A model generated the notes under the pieces. That model saw only the letters and a list, made by a program, of their open reading frames with translations. It ran no database searches and was not told the DNA's origin. A DNA stretch of 64,000 nt from Podarcis pityusensis (taxonomy: Eukaryota). The stretch lies in NCBI GenBank assembly GCA_964106645.2, contig OZ067045.1; one strand, given 5' to 3'. This document shows, in pieces, positions 1 through 12,500 of the stretch. Numbering within the stretch: position 1 is the stretch's first letter; every line of letters begins with the position of its first letter. The translations under genes were made by a program, and so were the position numbers.

Positions 1-439
1 ATTCTGCAGTGGGATCAGGGCTGAACTGGGATCTTTCCTCTCTTTGATGACTAAACTATGCATCTGGCAAGCACCAGATCTACGATTTTTACTGTGGGTC
101 CACCACTGTAAGCCTCAATCTGATAGTTGTTTTTAAGGGACTCCATGTAAAACCGTGCAAATTCAAGAAGATCCGTTTTAAGTCTATTGGACCTCATTTT
201 TACCCAAATACCCCCCCCCCCAGAAAAGCAAAGAAAATCTCTGTTTGGGGAGGAGTAAAAGAATGAGACTCTCACAATTCCAAAACTGCCCACAGCCCCA
301 AATAAGGTTGATGAGCCCTGATTTAGACATAGGACCTAAAAGCCTGTTTTGGAGCAAAGGACACAGCAGACAAAGGACTGCATGCTAACCTCCACTCCCA
401 GACCTCTTCCTCAATCTGATTTTTGAGTAAGACCCTCAC

Positions 440-589
440 CTGCAAGTTGCTGCGCAAGTCGGACAGGAACGTGACTGGAGAACGGGTTTTGAGGTAGGAA
501 TCCAAATCCTTCTTGAACTGAGGTGGCATCACTCCAGTGAAATTGGTGAGTATCCGTGGAGCAATATTAATCTCACTCAACATGTCCAC
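440..589 (-). CDS. CNOT1: CNOT1 exon 45
   Basis: [12 protein letters not shown]...SDLRSNLQ, 150 nt, AG/GT. Confidence 0.95.
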
Positions 590-3500
590 CTGTTGAGCAC
601 ACAGAAGCATCCTAATGTTATTTTCTACCATTCAGCTGTTACCCATCTGAAGTCCACAGGGAAGGCTAAGTATCACTCTTGTATCATCATCATCATCATC
701 ATCATCATCACCACCACCACCACCACCATCATGATCTTAAATGTGACAGTTGCTTTATCTTGCCCAATGCAAACCAAAGCGACTTACAACCAACCAACCA
801 AAAAAAACCACCCCACATCAATATATTAAATATATTAAAACCCGTGGGGAGGACAGACATGGAAAACATCCTGCCCAATTCTAAAAGTCCACTGATAGTT
901 AAGGGCCAAAAGGCTGGTTACAGAGGAAAGGTTTTGTTTGGTGTTTAAATATATGTTATGATGGTGCCAGGCGAGCTTCCCTGGGGAGACCATCCCACAA
1001 GCTGAAAGGCACCGCAGAAAAGGCCCTTTCTCCTGTTAACACCCTCTGGATCTCTCATGGTGGTGGCACTCAAAGGAGGGCCTCAGGTATAGATGTAGCA
1101 TAAGCAAACTGATATGCTGGAACAGATGTCAGAGTTCAAATGCATCTTTACTACTAAGCAATGACTGCCGTGTATGTTCCAGGACGGAATGCTCTTTTCA
1201 AGACCAGGAGTTCACAATGACATTCCCCACCTGGGGTGGTTCAGTGTTATAAACAGCTTCCCGAAGGCTGGGGGTAGCTAATGGGGTGCCCTTCAGATGT
1301 TGATGGACTACAACTCCTGTCATCTTTAAGCACTAGCCTTCTAGTTGGGGCCAACAGGAGTTGGAGTCCAACATCAGGAGGGCATTATATTGGCTACCCT
1401 GTTTCATCAAAGCAGGTCAAGCTGACCCACTAGGGTCTTACTGACATAGTTGTTTATGCAAAAGCATCAACACCATCGCACAATCTCAGGTGCTTCAATA
1501 GATGAGGTCCCATACAAATCAGGCCTTGTACATTACCTTAAGGTTGGGAGTGAAGGGATCTGGAAGCCTCATATTACGTGGGAAGGCACTCAGTATCAGA
1601 TTCCTTAGCTGAATACAGTTTGGAGGAATCACATCGCAGAAACCATAGTGGTAGTCACAGAGGAATTCTGGGAAGTCATGTAACAGGACCAACAACACAC
1701 GCAGAGTACCCTGCAAAAAAACGGGGGGAAAGAGAACTAAGTATCTATGCTAAATCTATGCAAAACATCTCAGCCAACACTATTATCAGAGCTTTCCAAA
1801 TGTTTCATGTTGGTGACACACTTTTTACACACGCAGGTCAATTTCCTCATCCACAATCCCATGGAAAAGGGCTGTATGATTTGAACTTTACTGTGAAGCT
1901 ACAATTGTGCTGGGAAAATAATCCAGACCATCACTGAATTGTAACAAATTCTCTTCTGCTCTATTCTAAATTCTACTTACCTTGTACAGAATTTGCATAG
2001 GTTTGGCAAGTTCCACATTCCTCAGGAAAGGAGCCAAATATTTAAACAGATCTATCAACAGCTGAGCATACATAGGCCACCCCTGGAAAGAGAATTTACA
2101 TGATAAGAGTTATATGATATTTGCTAATATATTTACTATAATGTCTGAATTGGATCCCACTTAACATTGTTGGTAGAACTAACAACTTGCATATTACAAA
2201 GCAGTATAATACATTATTCTTTAATCTGTCAGGGCTACCTGAAATATGAAATCCATAGTGAAACCAGCCAATTATGTATAATAAGGGGCACTGTAGGGGT
2301 TGAATTCTGGACTTAAGGGAAATGGAAGAATGAGTGAGATTTACTGGAAAGACTTGGTCACATCTGCCCCAATGCAGTGCAGCTGTGGACTCTCAGAAGT
2401 TTGATACAACCTACAAGGCTGCAAATGGTTCCTTGCAAGTTATTTCAAACTTCTGTTTAACATCTATGGCTGCTGGAGTAAACTGATTTAAATATTCATT
2501 TTAAATAGAAAATATTTTTAACCTCTCTTTCTCTTACACTGCACAATCCTCCTCCCTTGCCCCTGCCTAGAAACAAAATAAGGAACTTGTCCATTGCAGC
2601 TCATGTAACTTTGCACAATTGTCTTTGTCTGCTCAGAGACAACTAAAGGGCCAAGCATTTTCAGAAGCAAAGGCTGGTAATTAATAGGCAGAACAGTTTA
2701 TTTTCAGAAGATTAAAAAGTATTCTTAAATTGAGAACTGAGATAATCCCACAACTCAGATAAAAAGTACATAAAATATGCACTTTAGTCAAGATCACACA
2801 GGTAGAACTAGTGGAAGGAAGGCCCTCTTAGCAATAATACTGGATCACATCCTAGAGAGACAAGCACTGGATCCCAGTACATGCCATGATATATCGAGCC
2901 TCACTCACCACCACCACTGCAACCACACTATCAAGCTCATAACAATTGTAGCATATAACCATATTTCTCCTACTTCCTTCTCCCACGCAGCTGGGAGGCT
3001 GGCAGGGTATAGTTTTTACTTTTACAAAACTTAAGAGTTATGTGTGAAATAGGAATCTAAGTTTAAAACACTGCTAAGTTTCAAAACAAATCAACTTCAA
3101 GCCACAGGTTATAAAGTTGGCCTGTTTAATTAGCCATGGTTTGCTTTAAAGCACACTCCTGAATCTAGTGTTCCATGCAAAGGCAGCCAGTGTATTTGAC
3201 TGAAGGATGATTCAGTTTTAAGGGTTAAAAGTGAAGGTTTAACAGTCTTGTATTCAGACTGAATTTTACCAGGCTGGGTTTTTTAAGGGATGAGGATTAA
3301 AATCCCATTTTTAATCCGTCCTGCTGAGGTTTCTGGACCTCTTCAGGTAATCAGCTCTTAGCAGCTACGTTGTGGGAATATGGTAAAGACCTTAAAAGCA
3401 GACATCAGAAATTTAAATGGCATAAAGTCATTCTAGTTAAACAAAACCTGCAAACCAAGATGCATCCTTATTCCCTTTGGAAGCTTCGTAAGTTACAGAA

Positions 3501-6500
3501 GATAAACTGCAGCCACACCTTCTGCTGTGGTGTATGTGCCAGCATTCTTGCAATAAATATCCGATGGGAGATCAATTCTAGCCAAGCATAAACAAAACCT
3601 GGAGCTTTTGTAGGTCTCAGGATGTGAAATGTGTTACTGAAATAAAAACATACAACACAAGCTTTGTGTCAAGATTTGTTTAAAGCACTGCCAAGAATCT
3701 GCATTGAACTGAGACCATCTTTGAAGTCTAAATCAGGCAGAGGTGGTTAAACATTTTAAGGACCAAGAACCAGCATTCACTCTTGGCCAACCCTACAGGG
3801 CCAAATGCCAGCAGCAGTGGGCGTTTGTGAACCTCCAGCTGACTCATGCAGATCAGATGAAAAGGGCAGGTTATCAGCTCCTTCCTGCACATCAAATGTT
3901 CAATCTGATGATCGGGGAGGATGTGATTTGTTCTATGGCACTATACTAGGAAATTTCAATCTCCCTGCCCACCCCCAGGGTTACAAGTTTGCCATTTATT
4001 TTAAAAGTGCATCAAATATTTCTCCAAGGAATGATGGTGGCCCCAAACCATCCAATGTAGTAAAAGATGCATAATTAAGATCCAAGACAATAATGTATCA
4101 TATAGGAATCATAGTTTTAATAAACAGATCCACCAAAGTAAAGGAGCGTTTTAGTTGCCATAAATTCCCATAGGTGTCCAGATGGCAGTCTGTACAACTA
4201 GAATAGCACCATCTCCTGAGTGGAACACAGGATCAATGTCCCAACTTGACCAGGGATTGAGTCTGGCTAAAGCTCTAGAATGTTCTAAATCCAGCTCCAC
4301 AGCTGCAGATCCCAATGTGGGACTGCACAGAGATTAAGACAGAACAGTATAAAAACCCTTCCCTCACACCAAGAGGCTGAGAAGCATCGGTTCCTTAGAC
4401 TAGAGAACAGTCCGCGTAGGGAAAGAATCCCACATATGCCCACAAGTTTTCTTAATGTGCAATTATTCCAGTAACCAAAATAGACTCCAAGTGTATCAAC
4501 GTATTTAAAATTACACAAGATTAGTGTTAACTAAAGTGAACTGGTGTAGACTCAATGCAAATCATAGAACTCTAGAGTTTGAAAAGACCCAAAGTGTCCA
4601 ATTAAATGATACCTACCAGAAGGCTGTGAGTGTCTGAAAGTTTATGGTTTCCAGGACATGTTCAGGAGCATTTAATTCTAAAAGCAACATGATGAAAATG
4701 CGGTGGTAGGGAAGCTGCTGGAATTCACTTTGACGAACATCATGATCCTGCAAAAGGACTCCCACAACTATCCCAAGAACCTAGAGGTAAAAAGGGCAAT
4801 GTGCTCAGAATGCAACTTTTATGTATGCTTATAATTACTGCAATGCCAACTGGAATTCATGCACATACTCAGTATTTTTTGAAGACAATACAACAAACTG
4901 GCGATCTTGACTGCAACTTTACAATAATGTTTTCTGCCCTTTCACATGTAAGTGAATGAGAGATATGCACATCTCAAACCCTTATTCAGAATTTATGTAA
5001 TGCTTCTCCTAAGTGCTCCAAGTACATCCTGCATAATACACTGAAATTCTTTACAATGCAGGTAAGGATCCCTTTTACAGAGAAGGCAATTGCCTGCCAA
5101 ACACCATCCATAGATGGATCACGATTTTAAAACATGGAACTCCTAGTCTCCTGTGTTCATAAAAAAACATGCTGCACCAGTTCCCATTCATTTAATAAGG
5201 AAATCTTTGCCAACCTGGCCCCATGGACTACAACTCCCACCAGCCTCAGTCATCACAATTCTAAAATATACTACCCATTCTCACAACCAGCTAAACTCAA
5301 GATAGATGGGTACTGGGGGCAGGGAAGGGTGCTCCCAACCTTGTTGAGCAAGTTGATCTTGGTGACTGTGTTGGTGGCCTCCCCAGAGTGCTTCACCAGC
5401 AGTGCAATGAGGCGCACAAAGGCATCCAGGTTGTGGTAACACTTGGCACGGATCATGGTGGGATTGGCAGCGGGGTTGTGCTGCTGCTCAGCTTGAGCAC
5501 GATAGCTGATCTCAACACACATTTCAGTGCAAAGACGGAAGAATCGTGTGATCAAATCATCGGTTTTCAGGATTCCTTGCTGATGCATCTGTAATGGGGG
5601 AAAAGGTAGACTCAGACCTAAAGAACTCCTCTTTTTTCTAAAATCAAGCTAGTAATGTTCTATCTAGACATGATGGAAAGCAAGTGGGCTAGACTGTAAC
5701 ACTGCAGTTTGGCACAGAAAAGGCTGGTGATGCTTCTTAGGGTCAATTCCTACATTATCAACCATAGTAGCATAAGATCATTTCTATGTAATCAGGTCCT
5801 ACACCACACTGGTAACACCCATGTTGCCTCTGTATGTAGGCATTACTGATGCTGTATGCTATATGCAGAAAGGGACATTTCTTACTGTGAATTCCTGTTC
5901 TGCTTCTCCTGGAGGGCATTCCCAACCAGTGGGATAGCACCTCCACCTGGAGCAACAGACAGGGCCATCATCTTGATCTTCCTAGACTGGACTGGCAGAG
6001 CAAAAATAAACTCTAAATGCCTTAAAAGAACCAACAACCTGCACACAATAACCCAAGCACACATGCAGCAAAAACATGAGGAGCAGCTTCCCATCTGTGC
6101 AGTGAGGCAGAAGCCTCAGAGCAAAGCTTGGCCCACAGGAAACAATGGCAGGTGGAATACCCTCTGGATGACACTGAAAACAGGAATTAAGTGCAACAGA
6201 CAATCTCCTTCTCTCAAGGTTTCTATAGTACAATCCAAAACACTGGAATATGAAGGAGCAATACCATTCCAGAGTAGACTGGAACTATGGAAGCTGTACT
6301 TTATGCAGAATACCACACATCAATTCTGCAGTGTTGAGAGGTCCAACTAGTCATGCTTCTCCTCCAGGGACACACTGCTAGACTAGGATGCAGAAGTGAA
6401 TGGTCCCTTCCACATGAGGGTAGGAGGAAAGTGCTCAGGATAAGTAGTGAAGTGAAATTCTAGGCAGGGAAGCTACATGGTGTAGGAGGGTTAAGACTAC

Positions 6501-9500
6501 CCTCTTAGGAACGTAGGCCCATGAGAATGGATTGCTACTCCTGTCGGTTTCATAAGTAAATTGTCGATAGATATTTCAGTCACTTACAAGATCTGATATC
6601 ACAATTTTTAAAGCAATGGTTATTCAGGATGAAATTCTCATTATGAAAGCATTCAAAACGCTTTTCATAAGCAATAATCTCTAGAATGCAGAGCAACTAA
6701 AGTGGCAAATATGAACAGAAAATTCTGCTACTGAACAACAGGGCTCCATTCATCAGTGATCCATTTACTTTGGCATTTTGCAGGGGTCAGCGTAACACTG
6801 AAGGCAGACCTGATTTTCAGTTTATTCCCTACACATCTTTATTGGTTTTACTTGTGTATTATTTAGGCAAATTATGTTGCATTTCAGAGACACTGCAACT
6901 TTTTCGGGTAGATGTCTAGGGATCTGGGGGCAAAGGCATGTGAAATTTTGCTGTCCTCAATAGTACTGAATAGTTTTCATAGCCACTGTTTTCAAAGTGC
7001 TCCATACACCAATAAGGCAAAACTTTAATGGCAAGTACCACTGTTTCTGCAGTCTTAATAAATACATTTCTATCTGGAAGGAGGACCTGCAATTTACTTT
7101 ATTCACATATGCAAGCAGGCAGTGGAGTGGCTACTTGAAATGCAACTAAAATAAGGCAGCAAAGAAGTTTTGGCACCTCTGAAGGATGACTGTGGTAGCG
7201 GAGTAAAAAACTGGCAAACTACTTGCCATATTCCATGCCTACATATGTAAAGAGATTCTAGCTTTTGCAAACACCTCTCTAACATCTGTAACATAGAGTC
7301 TCCGGGGGCGGGGGGAGAAACTGAGTTAAGGAAACTGCATTAGTGTACAAGCAGTGGCCATACCTGGCTGGTGGCAGTCACCCTCCCCTTCAGGGTGGTT
7401 GACCCAAGGCCACACCCTTAGGGCACAGGGATTCTTCTTGGAGCATATCCCACATGACCTCTACATCTGAATTCAGAAGAGCAGCTGCTTCCTTTGGGCA
7501 CAAAATAAATGAGTGGAAGACCCTCGGGACTGTCAAGAGCTGCACGAAATGCCCACCGGCGGTGGCAGCTGCTGCTCAGGTACGTGCTCTGCCCTAGCTT
7601 CTTAGGTTTCTCTCCTTGGAGCAAGGACACATCCTCCACCCTGAGAAACCCAAAGAGTCTGTGGGGCACTGGGAATCTTTTCCTTGCTGACCACTGCCCC
7701 ATGGCATGCAGTCCCTCTCAGCCAGGTCTTTCTTCATTTAAAGAACACAACCTTCTAGTGGATGCAGTGGAGAGCCCCCAGCATCATGATACTGGCTAGC
7801 ATAAACAAACAAGTATTTACTAACACGTTTCACTACACTGATATGACATGTTGCACGTACTACCATCATGCAAAGTGGAATTTTTAAAAAGGGGAAATCG
7901 ATATTACATAGTACTCTACTTGATCCAAGGGCATCATAACCTACTTATGTTGAATAAAAAGCACCTTTCTTTCCCCAAGCTCTACCTGTCCAACAAATGC
8001 AGAGAATGCTTTGGTGCTGTCACGCCCAGCTGCTGCAGAGTGGTAGAGATTCACCCACTCCCTCAGGAGATATTCTGCCTTCTCCCTCAGGCCAGGGGGA
8101 TCATCATACTCAGAGGCCTGAGAGATCCCAGAATGCATCATGAAATTTGGCCCTCCATGAGCACGGTCAATCATGGCTTCGTAGTTGGACCGTACCACTT
8201 CCATCAGCTGGGGCAACCTATGAGAGATCCAGAATGAACATGCTTGGGTTTAGATTACTTATGCCAGGTGCATAATTTTTTTAAAATACCCCACAATCAA
8301 CAGCATTGTATTTCAAACATTTGCATCACATCCTTTGTCCCACAGAGATAGCATACAAGATGTTATTATATTATTGCAACCAAAACTATGACGTGGTTTA
8401 GGGGCAAGAATTGGGAGCCCAGTTGGCATTTTGGTTCAGCAGACCTTTGAACCAAAGTCACCTAGATTTAAGTCCAACATGCCATCCACTAACCCACAAT
8501 GGCTCCATGACATAAGCTTCAAAGAAACACAGTAAGAATCTGAATGAAATGTGCCCTATTACTGCCAGATAAATTTGGAGATAAAAAGTGAGGTGACCTA
8601 GTCTAGTGCCTGGCATTAGGGAATGGATCTGCTGTAGTTGGGCAAGAACAGAAAAGAATGGCCTCTGTCCTTCAGTCCAAGACATCTAGGAGAGTGGAAT
8701 ACAAGTGCTTCAGAGATGGTGGGTATATTGCTTTTCAAAACCTTTGATCTGTCACTTATTACTACACCCTCAGTGTATTCATCACTACCTTCCAGAATGA
8801 AGATTTGAAGGTGTCACACTAGGGCTTACTTCCACAAAACCATGCCTAATACCGCAGGCCTAAAAAGGCATGTCAGTCCTGCCTGCAGCAAACTTAAGAT
8901 CTGAATTACATATTCTAATCTACCAGATGGCAATTTCAGAAAGTAGATGGGAGAATCCATGTCTGAATGTTCCTCAATACATGCAACTCCCTAAACACTG
9001 GAAAACTGCAAACCAGAGAAAGGGATTCCAGTCTTTTCCCTAAGGTGGCAATTTTTTTATATGTTCACTAAGTTTCTGATGTGGAAGAGCATTCAAATCT
9101 CCCCTGACTACTGTTGCTAAAGTGGCAACAGCCTCAAAAGACATATCACATGGTTTTATTTATTTATTTATTTACGGCTATTAGCCCATAAAGTATGTAC
9201 AAACATAAAAGCACAGACATATCACATGGTACTTCCAAATATGTAGTATGATCCTTAATTGGAAGTAAATGTGCGATGGCCCATAATAAATCAAAGTTGT
9301 GCCTGGATTAAATAGAAAACTAAACAATGGCTAAAGCAAGCTTGTATTTTGTAGATTATACTCTACATAGTTTGTTAAAAATGGAGATTCAGGACTGGGT
9401 GGGGGATGGCACTCTGAAGCACAGTAGATATTACACAGTGATCCCACAAGGTAAAAGGAGTGGACAGGAATGGCAGAGCCTCACTTCATCATCATCATCA

Positions 9501-12500
9501 TCATCATCATCACCACTGCCAAACTTGCACTAGCAGGAAACATTCCTTCACTGGTACTCAACACTCTTAGCATTACCCTTCTGGTGCATTCCCTCTGGAG
9601 TGAGCATTAATTCTCATCAAAGTTTCAATGGTGTGAAACAGATCTGCTTCTGTTATGTGAGCAACACTTCTTTCATCCACCAAGAGGATTTTCACCAGCT
9701 GCATTGCAAATGCCACTGCCATGTAGTTCAAGCCATTCTCCATTGACTGTCAAGAAAAAGGAGGCAAGAATGTGAACAGTTTTCCTTCTAAAGCATAAGC
9801 AGAGATTTAATAACTAACTTGGCGGCAGTATCTCACCTGAGCCAGGTGGAGGTCATACTGCTGCATGTTAACTAGGTGGTTACGGATCAGTAGCTCCACT
9901 GCTTCTACATTGTATTTATATTCATCTCGACATTCTATCAGGCACCTGGAAAAATTAGATGTTTTCTTGTATTAACTTTGTTTTCTCCTCAGTCTCAAGT
10001 TTCAAAACACACAGAAAGGTAGCTTCCTCTCCAATTATTCCACACATTCATTTCAGAAACACCAGCTGACTGTAACTGCCTCATGTTAAGAAAGCCAACA
10101 GACTTTGTAGCTGAAGATGAAGGAGCAGATTAAAGTCCAGCTGCCCCATTCACAAAAGCTTATAACAATGTAAAACCACAAAGTCATAGAATAACTATTT
10201 TAGGAATCTAAAAATATTCATACTGCAAGTTTTAGATCCAAACCAGATGAAACTAGCAGTTGTGTGAATGGCTTTTTTTTTTTTTTTAAGCAAATAGGGT
10301 AGGGATCTGAACTGGGGCCCTAGTACGGCTCATATCCCCTGCACCTGCCACAGTTTAATGAAACTTCCACTGCATGAATGGAAGTTGATCTCTGAATGAA
10401 GGTAGCAGGTGCAGGCTCTCCAATTCAAATAGAAACTGCAATGGGGGGACGGGACACAAATGTTTTAAGCCCCGCCGCCACACCAGACTCTCAATCCAGA
10501 CCAGGGGTCAGTTTTGTTTAAGTTGCATGAATGGTATTTAGTTTGCCTCTTTTATCACCCAACTTAATTCTCACACCAATATCCTATTTCAGGAGAAAGC
10601 CCCAAACCCTTGACTACTGAATGCATATGGCACTTATCATGCAACTCATTATGTAACTTAGTGGGATACAGGGAAGTAACTTACTAGGTGAAATCCTTAT
10701 GTTGGCCAAAATCAGAATATATTTAAATAATTGTATTTAAATAGAGCTTCTACAGCCTTCAAAGCTTTATTCTTTCATCACTGACCTTGTAATCTGCTTG
10801 TTGCACCACGGAGACCCATAAGCACGGCCATCCTGCAGTGCTTTTAAAACAAGCAAGTGACATTCCCGGTAGCGGAGGAGGAGGTCAGCATCTGCACCAC
10901 TGGTGGCATCTAACAAACCTTCAACTGCCTGTAGGAAGAGTAGCAAACACTTAAAAGCAACATCTTACTGAGTCATTTGGAGAGGAATCACACTGTTTTG
11001 CTCTCGAGAGACAATGCATTGTGGCTTTTGCATAGTATGCATGAAGCCCATTATCATCATCATCATCGCAGTTGCTCCTTGTGCTTTTGCCTCCAACAAT
11101 GCTCACCACCAGCACTGAAGCTCTGGAAGAGTAGCCCACAAGGGAATGCGGCAATTGGGCTGTAAAAGGGCTTCTAATGACACACATTCCCAAGCAACTG
11201 TTTTAAAGCCTCCTACACAACAGCCCAGAAAACACAGCAAAAAACAGCAGATGGCAGGAGGAACCACTATATCCACTAAAGAAGGATCCTTCCTCACCAC
11301 TTCGAAGGCAGCTTTTCTTAAACAGTACGTATTTTCCCAGAATAATCTGTATTCAATCCTGACTGTTCTGATCCTGTGCTGAGTTCAAGTAGTTTAATGT
11401 TGTAACTGTGTGCATGTTTCTAGGGTAGAAAGCCTTGGATAAAGTGAGCCTCTCTCCATGGCCCAGGAGTCACAGATATATAATGAAGCAAGTTCATACA
11501 CAAACCTTCTGTAGCAGTCCAAGGGCTGCAATAGCATCACGAGAATTACGAGCTACAACAACAGCCTCCAAGAGGCTTCGTAAGGCTTGAGTCTGTGGAT
11601 TCATAGACAGGGTGTGAGGAATGGACTGAAGGTGCTGCTCCAGTTCTGCCATACATTTATCATAGATCTGTGCTACATCATCTGTTGCCCAGGCTTGCTG
11701 ATTTAAAAGAAATCAAGAATACTTTATTAGTTAAATGAATGAGAATTCTGACCATTTATCATGACAGATTTCTTAATAACTTTTTCATTCCATTACTGCT
11801 TTCACCAGCGATATTGGCTGGTACTTTTACACTTAACATTTAGCTAAAACAGCAAATCATCTGCAGATTTTATTGTGAACAGTTTATAATGAAACAAAGT
11901 ATTAAGTGTTTGATAAATCGTCATGGATTAAAAGGGGGGGGGGATCAGTCAACTGGTTTACGTAATTAGCTCACACAGAGTTCATAATCTAAATTTCTTT
12001 GTGTGGGATTTCATTCTGACTTTCAAATAATACTATTAGACTGTATAGCTTTGAAGAGAAGCCCAAACAATAAGCAACCTCACTATTTTCTGGAAGCCTC
12101 CAATAACTTGTAAAATAAATGGTCACAGTGTAGTTTACTTTAACTTCAGAATCAATTCAACCATCTGAACTGGATTTCTACCTTCATAGGCTGAGCTAGG
12201 ATTCCTGTGGGTTGGGTTGAGTCATTGGTTGGTAAGAAACCAGGAACATTGCGTGCAAATTCTTCATAAACAGCTAGCTGCTTTGGGTCCACTCCACCAA
12301 CCTTAAAAGAAAGTAGGAAAATTTGGATAAGTAGAAGACTCCAACAAGGCCTCCCAACTGATATTGTGGCATTGATCATAACTTTAATTCTCTTAATTTC
12401 GCACCTTCAACCTGATCTGTTCTGGCATCCGTTCAGCCTGATAAGTCAATACTACAGGATCACAGTACCTACGACCCTCTTGCCTGGCATGTTTTCTGAG

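Noticed and set aside
593-948. Poly-His and poly-Ile/Thr ORFs
   Set aside because: Artefacts of the intronic (CAT)n(CAC)n microsatellite, antisense to CNOT1.
6770-6836. Hairpin containing GTTACGCTG, resembling a SNORA46 guide pocket
   Set aside because: The H box is broken (AAAATG), the other guide arm pairs only about 3 nt, and no second hairpin ending in ACA follows.
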